Part shown: positions 54,346 through 64,000 of the stretch, one piece after another
Position numbering within the stretch: position 1 is the first letter of the stretch
Layout of the letters: every line of letters begins with the position of its first letter
Source of the DNA: Azolla caroliniana
Taxonomy: Eukaryota; Plantae; Polypodiophyta
DNA length: 64,000 bases
Direction of reading: 5' to 3'
Assembly (NCBI GenBank): GCA_043228905.1
Contig: JBHGNT010000016.1
Span: 5,394,001 to 5,458,000 of the forward strand
Notes under the pieces: model-generated
Told to the model about the DNA's origin: nothing
Databases searched by the model: none
What the model saw: the letters and a program-made list of their open reading frames with translations, nothing else
Translations under genes and position numbers: made by a program

Positions 54346-54799
54346 TTACTCAATAACTTATTTAATTAACATGAAATCACTCATCAACAACACATTCTTA
54401 TATATCGACTAACCAACCATGTTGACATACAAGATATAACTTAAACACTTACAATAAAAGTCGAAGGTTCCAACTCAAGGCTAGAGGATCAATCTTTTTT
54501 ATCTTCGGTACTGGCAGAGTAGGGACTAAAGCTCTAGATCAAAAGTGAAAAAGGAGACTTAGTAAAAAGCCCGTACTTTTGCCTTTTAGTTGTTTTACAT
54601 TTTTGTCGTAAACCGTTTCCTTGAGGTTTATGGGTCTCTTCTATCGAACATTTGGTGGGAGTGTACAAACCCAAAAGGTCATAATGTATGTATTATGTGG
54701 AGAGGATAAAGTATATAGTAGAAAATAAAGCCCCCTTAAATAGGAAGGGTATCCATTTAAGACTAAACGTGATTGTTGGTTAGTCACACAAATATAAAT

Positions 54800-55320
54800 A
54801 TAACAACTAAAATTATCGGTCAATGTAACACAAATAGTAGGGGCGTTTTGGTACACGTGAGATTGAGCGCAATCTATTTTGTATAAATCTATTTGTTGTA
54901 ATAAGCAAGGGTGTAATTTAGTTTGTATAAATGCATTTGCTGTAATAAACATGGGCGTGATCTAATTTGTATAAATATCTATTAGTTGAGTATTAAAATA
55001 AACAATCAACAAAAGAATAGTTGATTCCATATTGCATAGAACACAATATAATGCAAGTTGGAATAATTCAATCACAAATATGAATATAACAGCAATAAGT
55101 TATAACTATCAGTCAATGTAAGACAAATAGTAGGGGTGTTTTTGTACACATGAGATTGAGCATAACCTATTCTTACAAGTCCATTTATTGTAATATTAAC
55201 AAGGATGTAAATTATTTTGTATAAATCTATTTGTTGAGTGTTAAAGTAGACCATCAACAAACGAGTAGTTGACTTTGTATGCATAGAACCCAATATAATC
55301 CAACTTGGGATAATTTGGTT
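54800..55320. repeat. Degenerate direct repeats (~250-290-bp unit)
   Basis: atc.gtcaatgtaa.acaaatagtagggg.gttt..gtacac.tgagattgagc at ~54815 and ~55108; ttgtataaatctatt occurs three times; caacaaa.ga.tagttga...gcatagaac.caatataat occurs twice. Confidence 0.75.
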
Positions 55321-55429
55321 AATTGAAAGTATGATTGTAACAGGTAAAGGTAAGAGGCTCATGTCTATTGTCAGGTGAGATGTCACTCAGGAGGCCCTTA
55401 CAATCCTTCGCAACAGATCATACATAAGG

Positions 55430-55875
55430 TGTTCCTTTGAGTGGTCTAATAAGTGAGCTTATAAATAGTATTTGTGTAGGTACAAAGTTTGGAAGAGTCG
55501 TAAGTAGAAGGTCAGAATACACTAGTCGAAGCTCATGGCAACAACCCATAATGGTTCTCTTGGTTCAACATTGGTATTGCTACAGAAGGCACTTAACATC
55601 AAGTGGTTGGTTGATAATTAGTAGTATGACCAATTAGATACATGCATTGGAAGAAGAATGATTGACAAATTATCACATGGTAGCATGGGAACATATGTAT
55701 AGTTCTAAAGAATGGAACCATTGTATTGTAGAATGACCTAGGGAAGAAACTCATGCACCACAAATTAGTAATGTGCTCCTTGTGACCCATAGGATGCTTA
55801 GTGATATCCACTTGTTTAATATCAATGATAAGGAAACTAAGGATTGCTTCACATAAGTTAGCTATAGAAACCACT
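55430..55875 (+). mobile_element. Highly decayed LINE ORF2 C-terminal remnant
   Basis: RKLRIASHKLAIET at ~55830-55872 parallels QLRISSHQLEIE of the intact LINE. The upstream extent is uncertain. Confidence 0.5.
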
Positions 55876-58350
55876 CCATTGTCAATTGTGTCATTGAGTG
55901 TGGATCAAAAGGCCATTACATTGTCTAATTACTTACCTTCATGTAAGATAACATGCATATTTCACTATCTCTTGAAGGTGGGTTTAGGATATTGATAAAA
56001 GATATTTAGATCTAATCAATATCCAATCTTGGTAAGCAAGCAAGCTAACACGGTGCTAACATGCATGTCCCTCTTTTACTTCCAATGACACAAAATAGAG
56101 CTTCATTAGATTAGGATGCCTCCATGAATTATGCTCATCTCTCTCACTCTTACATAAATGACGGATTGACAAAGCATTAATCCTCATTCCACTAGAGAGT
56201 CCTTAGGTTACATGTGACAACATGCTCCCTCAATGGCAATCATTGGTTTAACCATGTCAAATGACCAAAGGTGTCATGGGCCATTCTAAGATGTCAATAG
56301 GTATGGTTGTGGATATTTGACATCAAATTTGTGTGGGCGAGCTAGGGTATACATACACAATAGCCCTTGTGCATGGGTGCTACTATATAAAGACATTTCG
56401 GAATCCTATGGTTACAAGGATAAGTCTTAAGACACAACACAAATTTCCATTGTTAACAGTAATCTTCTTCCCCATGCCACATCTCATTTGTTCAAAGAGA
56501 ATGCACATGACACTGCTATTAGAATGCTTGTTATCAACCCTTTGTCATTGTTTCCCATCTTTGCCATCGTATCTATGAGATTCCTCATTGTTCTCATTTC
56601 TTTTTTACCTCTTTTAAGTCGATTGATTGAAATGAACCTTGGAGGACTTCATAAGTATATCATGTAAACACATGTAAGTTTGTTTGCACATATAAATAGT
56701 AAACTCTTGATTACTAGTACTTATTCAATTCTTTTCATCAAAAGCCCCTACAAGCACATACGCCATAAGGTCTTATTCACTATTTTCATTAAACTGTAGA
56801 GAATTTAGAAGAATATAGAGGCATATGTGAAATATAAATAACATTTTGTATCCATTTTCGTGTGCATATGCGTGTCCTTTGGTAGACAAGCATAATGAAG
56901 GATTAAGGTGACCTTGCCCTCCAAATCAGACATGGATTTAGGTACATGTATATATACATATGTAGGTGTGTATGTGCGTGTGATTTGTGTTTATCACCAT
57001 ATATTAAGTGGTAGATCATCTAATGGTTATGTGTGTAAACTTATTTCCAACTTTTGTGTCTCCACTTATATTTTTCATTTGTCTCCTAGATAAGGCGTAG
57101 ATAGATGCACAACATCGAAATACCCTAATCATTAGGAATACACATCTAAACTTGGTTAATAACCTATGAATGACATACACAACTTGAATACTTGATCTCT
57201 CATTAATTGTCTTAGAATTTATCCAATAAATTATCGTATGAGAATTCTACAAGAAATTATCATAATATTCATTATAAAAGCATATGATGATCTATTTTGT
57301 AACATCAATATAAGTTTCATGTGTCTTTAAATGCATGATCTAAAGGAACTAGATAGATTGTCAAAACCCTAAAATAAATTACGATCTCAACGTTTTCTGT
57401 GAGACAAATTAGATTTCTATCCAATTTAGACTTGTAGACATATGACGGGTGTTGGTATGATGTTGTAGTTGGCACATAGATGTGAGGTTCATCATTAATT
57501 GAAATGATGTCCATGTAATAGATCAAGTAACATGAACCAATCCACTTCAATGATAGATATAATTCACAAATATTGTTCTTTTTAGCATTTGCATGTCTTT
57601 CAATTCTATATATCCTTTCAAAGGCATTTATCGTGACCACATATATATGGCTTAACTCTAAGGGTGTAAACTAAATGTCATCAACGTTAGATTCCCAAAT
57701 TGACTAAGATAATTTCATACTGTGGAGATAGAGTCCTTTGAAATAATGAGTTAATAGCCATGATATGTAATATCTTAACCGTTTTGGAGATACATTAAAT
57801 GAATAACCAAGATTGAAATAAGAGCTTGTTTATGGTTACAAAATGATGGTCTTAGGAAACATGTTTGACATACATAATTTGTTCTTTGGTTTGTTGCAAG
57901 ATGAAGCAAATGGAAGTTGTTCATGTTGAATAACATCCAAAGTTAAGATACTACGGCTCATTTGTTGTATCATTCAATGATGAACTCCTAGAAGCTTAGT
58001 CTCAGAAACATAGAGTTCTCATTGTACATTAGACTAGGATTTCAACCATGAGTGTTGGGAAGGTATGGATGGAGCCTATGTGGACGTTCATAATCTCGAT
58101 TCTATTTCTTAGGAGTGGTCGAAAGAGACTTGCAATTCCAAAGCCTTCGATTCAAGAATTATTTTATAGCTTGAATGACACAATGAAGGAGTTCTCTATT
58201 CTTCTACTAAATGATCTATGGGCAAGGTTCCACTCCCCCCACGGTTGGGAATGTTTTGTTACTTGGGCCTTTCCACACTATAGTGGCCAATCTAGGTCTT
58301 AGTCTCTCTTCCATTTTGTCTCTTGCCCTTTGACCTCCAAGGAACATAAT

Positions 58351-58388
<38 letters not shown>

Positions 58389-58714
58389 GTTCTCAAGCTC
58401 TCTCAAGGCTTTTCCTTCATTGTTAGCAATAATTGAAAATTGTAAGCTTCTATATTAAGTGTTTGAGCTCAACTTCTTTTACAGAAGCATGGTTGGTCTC
58501 TTTATTGGAATAACAAGAGTTCTTGTCATTTCTATTTTATTTCTTGTGCTAAGATAGGTTAAGTCTCTTTTAATAACCCATTGTGCTTCATAGTCCAATA
58601 ATATTATCATCATTGGTACCAATGGTGCAAGAGAAGAAGGTAAAATTTGTGTCTTTTTAGTCTTTTTCTTGTTTGAAAACTTAAGCTAGAGCTTTTGTCT
58701 CATACATTAAGACC

Positions 58715-58782
58715 ATGGGCCACATTCACATAGAAACCCTTCATGAGAGACTTGGATGAAAATGAAACTAGTCTTAGCACAT
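58715..58782 (+). mobile_element. Short decayed copy of the 3' end of the LINE family at 27167-30160
   Basis: gggccacattcacat...aaccctt...gagagacttggatgaaaatgaaactag matches 29899-29972 (gggccacatccacat...aaccctt...gagagacttggatggaaatgaaattag). Confidence 0.7.
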
Positions 58783-59543
58783 AAAGAATTTCTACTTTCT
58801 CCATTAAAGAAAATTGCCACATTAGTACTCCTTTCAACTTTGTAGATATGCTTTGATTCCATGGCTACCATCAAATACATAAGCATTGTCCATCTCTCTA
58901 TTATAATGCAATCCCCAATATATCAGAAAAAAGAAATAAATCTCCATCTCTAATTTTTAGTCGATTGGTGTGAATTGTGAAAACACCAATTATTGTCTTG
59001 GTGTCAAATAACAATGTGCCAAAACTTGCCAAATTTGAGAAATGTAGCTCCAAATCTTACTAACAATCGGACATTGTATGAAAATAAGAGACAATTTAGA
59101 ATGTCAACTACATTTCAAGATCTACCAACATTCGTAATCAGAGTTATGTACCTTCCGCCTTAGATGAAATTGTCAAAGAGACTCGATGGAGAAATGCTAT
59201 TGTTAAGAGACAATTACTAATAAATAGATCAAATTAAAGTAAAAGAAAGGTAAATAGATTGGATAGAACAAGTCGTTCCTCCCGACCAACCTCGAGCTAT
59301 GATCAAAACATAACCAACCTATCATTGATGTCATTAGGATAATTAGTACCTTGGAATAAGTAACACGATCATTCGACAGAAGCATAGCCTGCATCACTAG
59401 TGTCTAAAGATGTTAGTCTTTCGACATAATGTGACTTTAGGGTAGTTGGGCCTCATATTTATACTTATTCCTAGGCCCCTTGAATATATGTGCATCTCTA
59501 ACTCCATTCATGATTGGTTTTTAAGACCATAATAGTGTGTGCA

Positions 59544-59997
59544 TGTTACGAGCATGACGATATAATATCCCACAGTGAGAAATTACCATAGTATTCTATG
59601 CACGTGGATAAGTGTGAGGGTTAAACGAACGTGTAAAGAAGGGGGGGATTACTTTTAATCCTCGGGATTGAGACAACCCATTAGGCCAAGTGTGAACTTG
59701 CCTGGGGGTCTTGGGTCTCGCTATAAATATGAGGCCCAACTACCCTCATTTGATCATCTCTTGACTACATCGAGACTCTGTTTCGTGGTGGGTCAACTCT
59801 TGTAGCGAGCGCGTCAGCACCAGGTACAACTCGACGCCACGATGGTGGTATGGGATGCCGATCGAGGCTCGAGTCCGTCTCGATCCCTTCGCTCGGGGGT
59901 GGTCGGGTGGATCGACACCCTTCTTTCTCTCTCTCCTTTCTTATTTCTTATATCTTTTATCCTTATCATATGCTTACATTAGATCATAACTCTAACA
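59544..59997 (+). repeat. 5' LTR of a Ty3/Gypsy element (~454 bp)
   Basis: Begins TGTTA and ends TAACA (inverted termini). TATA box ctataaata at 59721. PBS follows immediately. The 5' boundary is inferred because the 3' LTR lies outside the window. Confidence 0.72.
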
Positions 59998-59999
59998 AT

Positions 60000-60011
60000 T
60001 GGTATCAGAGC
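60000..60011 (+). promoter_or_regulatory. Primer-binding site complementary to initiator tRNA-Met
   Basis: TGGTATCAGAGC, 2 nt after the LTR-terminal CA. This is the canonical plant PBS. Confidence 0.92.
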
Positions 60012-63000
60012 TCATGTTTCTAATGTTTCTTTTGTTGGTTTTTGTTTTCTTCTTGATTGATGGTGATTGATCGATGTACGATCAACCTTGATCCAGATAA
60101 CAATCAACAAAGGAACTTCAGTAACTTTTCCTTCTTTTTTCTCTTATTCGTTCTTCTCCCAATCTAATAGTCAGTATGTGTTGTTTTTCATTGATTCAAT
60201 GATGTTGTAGTGGTAATTAATTGGTTGTATAAAACGTTTGCATATGTGTATGAGGTCAATACCTCATTTGACATATATTTGATATGTGATTTGTGTCGTA
60301 TGCGTACGAGGTCAATACCTCAATTGCGTATTAGGTTCACATATATATGTTACGTTTGTGTATGAGGTCAATACCTCGATTTCTATGTAAATGATATGTG
60401 ATTTGTGTTGTATGCGTAAGAGGTCAATACCTCAATTGCGTATTACGATTAACCCTTATTATTGGATGTTTTGTGTGCGTAGAGGCTATATGCCTCGATT
60501 ACGTATCTCGATTACATCATTGTTGGCTATTTGATATTACAATTATTTTTTATATGCATATGTGGTCACGTGTATAAATATTTGATCGTATATATATGAT
60601 AAATATACATATGTGTATATTAGTTATTACGTGATTTCTATATCCTATATCGTATGTGTATATTCGGGGAAAGGATCTTGGTGGCCGTCCTCACATTTTT
60701 GTGAGAATGGCGTAGTCACCATCCTTTTTTCAACAATCCTTTTTATTGACATCCCCGTTGGTCACTTCGATTTGGTTATGTAATGAAACGATCATAGCCA
60801 CAATGGTGGTGAGAATGTAGGGCTTGACCCACTTCATGTGAGGTCGCTCCTATGACACACATATCCCTCCCTCATTAGATGGATACGATGCCACCATGAG
60901 ACCATTCTTATGAAAGGCATTCGTAATGACGTAACCATGTGATGGGCCACGTGGGCCTACTACGAAAAGAGGGCTCATTTGGCTTGACCATTAGGTTGCA
61001 CTTTGGCGTATGCCATCGTAATTATGAGACTTGAGGTTAGGTAACGTACCAACATAGTTTGTGGTAAACGAGAGGGAAATAAGGACTCTTGACATATATG
61101 TTTCTTTTAAAAAAACATATATGGGCAAAGGCCTCACATATCTCTTATACACATAAAATATTAAACAATCAACATGAGCAACCTATTTGGTTAGCTCAAG
61201 TGTTTAATGCATTTGTTCTTGAGGTCTCAAGTTTAAATATGACCAAGACCATACAACATTGTTGATACATATGACTATAATACATGTTTAGACTTTAGGT
61301 CTAAGTGCACTTCGGGGTCCTCGTAATCTAGGACTTAAAGAGCCAAATCACATACGTGGGCAGAGAAACATAGTTTATTATTAACAATTTTTTTCATGTA
61401 TAAACTTTTCATGATGTGAACATAAATGGTTGAGCCCCGGGGAGCCGCCATGAAAAAATCGATATAGATATCAGGGAAAGACATTCATTTGTCACCCCCA
61501 TGGTTTTTAAAACACCTTTGTGTTCCCATAGTAACCTGATCTTGAACCTCATCTCATAGGTCTAGAGGGGTATTGATGTGAGATCATGATATCGATTAAT
61601 GTTGGCCCATGATATGTTTACATCATGACTTGATGTTATGACTATTTGTCTGACCTTATCCTATTTCTTTGCCAAAAATAATCATTCAATGGCTCAAAAA
61701 AACGACCTGATGTCATCCTCTCAAGCGGAAGGAACTCAAGGAAATCCTCTTGGACCAATGTCCATTGAGTCGTATTTCTTACAAATACAACATTTGCTTA
61801 GTTCAATCGCACATCAAATGTCCGAACTTCGGCAATCTCAAAGTGCTCTCGAGGCACGTATCATTAGTTTACAACATGACACTAATAGACCCGATGAGTG
61901 TCAGGGTGAACCTTTATTTGTCGTAAAGCCATTTACAGGAGAAAAAAGGAAAGAATCGAAGAAGCAATCTGCACATGGCTGGGCTGATGGGAGTCTCATT
62001 TTGAGCTCTATCCCACGCCAAATAGTACGAAGATTGCATATGTCGGTCGAGAACTAGGGGGTAAGGCAGCCGCTTGGTGGTGTAGGCTCCGAACTTTGGG
62101 GAAATTTCCCGATACCTGGACAGATTTTGTCAAAGTTTTCAAGGGCCAATTTCTACAACCTCCCTCTCGAACCGAAGCAGCACGAGCTTTAAAGAAAGTT
62201 CTCTCTAGCAGGAAGTTTTCCTCATTAGAAGACTATGTTCACCATGCTAGAACCCAAATCCAAAAATTGGGTCTAGAAGGGGACAATTAGTTGATGGCTT
62301 GTTTTGTCAATGACATCCCCAATTCGGACTATCAATGGATAGTGCACGATAAGGATCCAAAATCCTTCGAAGAGGCCGTTGAAATAGTTCTTCGCTATCA
62401 ACGCACTTCGAAGAAGAACCATAACAAACCCAATGAAGCGCCTGGGACTAAGCAGTCACAATTCGCTGGGAAACGCATGACACCCAACAAATTCATGGAT
62501 TGTGATTGTAAGCGACAACATCCTTTTTGTGTATTTTGCAAAAAGAAGGGTCATACAAAATAACAACGTCGAAAGCTCCAACGGAAAGAGCACGACAACA
62601 AAGCAAAAGTTGCAGACCATAAAGGTCATATTGCTAATGTCCTTGAGGTCTATACACATCATTTAAGTAATTGTCAATGTTCTTTCCCTCACTATGTATT
62701 GGGACCCAATGATTTACTATGTGCAAATGGGTATATCAATGTATCTCCCGTACAATTTTTATTTGATTAGGGAAGCTCACACAATTTTGTGAATGATCGT
62801 TTGGTTCAGATATGGGGAATCCAACCCCCCATAAGTGATCACACCTATAGGGTGAACTTGGCTGATGGAAGAGTACAATACATCAACGGGGTGATTCATT
62901 CATTAGGAATTTCTATTGATACTTATATAGAAGAAGTAGACTTCCATGTAATGAATCTTTGTACCACTGATGTAATACTGGGTTATACCTGGTTTTTTAA

Positions 63001-64000
63001 TAAAAACTCTTCTTTATCTATTGATTAGGTTCATCATTCAATTACGTTTGTACTGAACGATTGTACTCATTTTATTCAATGTGTTAAAAAACAATCTCTT
63101 TCGATTGTTTCCTCTCCATCAATATCCGAGTTGTCTTGTTCTACTTTATTTTATTGTGTACTTGATTCGGACATTCACGGTTCAATTATCATATTTTGAA
63201 CAACAACAACTTGATGAAATCTTAAATGATTTTCGTGATGTTTTCACGAGTGAACTACCACATGGGTTACCTCCTAAATGTAATATAGACCATCATATCG
63301 ATATTGTACTCCTTTTCGAGTGCACCAATAAGTATACCTCCTTATCGCTTAAGTCGATCCGAAGAGGATGAGGTATCTAAGCAACTCAAGAACTATTTAT
63401 GAATGGGTTATATACGTTATAGTAAATCTCCATGGGGTGCACATGTTCTCTTGGTAAAAAAGAAAGAGGGCACATGGCGTATGTGTATTAATTACCGACG
63501 CTTGAATAAAGTGACAATCAAGAATTCATATCCATTGCCCTGGGCTAACGATCTAATTGACTGTCTCCAGGGAGCTCGGTATTTTACGAAACTTGATCTC
63601 CGTACGAGCTACCATCAAATTCGTATAAGTGAGGACGATGTTCCTAAAATGGCATTTCGTACGCGCTATGGTCATGCCTTTTGGTTTGACCAATGCTTCG
63701 GCCACATTTCAACAAGAAATGAATGACATTTTCCGAGAACAACTTGGAAAATTTGCCATTATTTTCTTGGATGATATTCTAGTTTATAGTCGTACATTAG
63801 AAGAACATGCTAAACATGTCTGCTTTGTTTTACAAACATGCTAGTTCTTCAAGAAATCAATTATTTATCTTGGACATCTCATAACTGAACGAGGAGTTGA
63901 AATTGATCCTTCTCGCATCGAGAAAATCAAACTTTGGCCCACTCTTCGGAATATTCGAGAAGTTCGATCATTCCTTGGTTTTGTCGGGTTTTTGCGAAAA

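Larger units (their letters stand above)
59544..64000 (+). mobile_element. Decayed Ty3/Gypsy LTR retrotransposon (chromovirus-like), truncated by the window edge
   Basis: LTR, PBS and ~1.7-kb leader, then gag from ATG 61689 (GKAAAWW...FPDTWTDFVKVFKGQF; knuckle CVFCKKKGH), protease FLFD*GSSHNFV (~62755-62790), and RT ([32 protein letters not shown]; [13 protein letters not shown]; [14 protein letters not shown]; FLDDILVYS). Order gag-PR-RT indicates Gypsy. Many stops and frameshifts. Confidence 0.95.

Noticed and set aside
58030-58625. Degenerate LTR ending ...catca followed by PBS-like ttggtacca
   Set aside because: The texture is LTR-like, but the PBS match is poor and no second LTR, TSD or internal domain could be found.
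60240-60510. CRISPR array (palindromic repeat with regular spacers)
   Set aside because: The repeat is only 14 bp, alternate spacers are related to each other, there are no cas genes, and it lies inside a eukaryotic LTR element. Kept as a hairpin-array finding instead.

Overview
Eukaryotic land-plant nuclear DNA, judged from GT-AG introns, abundant (CATA)n/(TA)n/(GA)n microsatellites and plant gene families. Divergent proteins and compact genes suggest a fern or other non-seed plant, which is inference. Five protein-coding genes were reconstructed by hand: a very long His-rich group-6-like remorin (+), an intronless conserved membrane protein of unknown function (+), an LPA1-like P-loop NTPase (+), an EGY2-like M50 metalloprotease with a GC-AG intron (+), and a C3H18-like CCCH/LOTUS/RRM protein (-). 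Mobile and foreign DNA includes a 5'-truncated but uninterrupted LINE ORF2, a short L1-type 3' fragment with TSD, older LINE remnants, a plastid-derived insert (partial trnH) inside a minisatellite, and a decayed Ty3/Gypsy element running off the right edge. The most unusual signals are an exactly 56-bp-periodic hairpin array in the long Gypsy leader, a 57-bp Gypsy RT fragment plus tRNA-like head fused to the LINE 5' junction, and the His-rich remorin with a TAATC-saturated upstream region. None of these is demonstrably a new system from sequence alone. Most short ORFs in the track are microsatellite or antisense artefacts.
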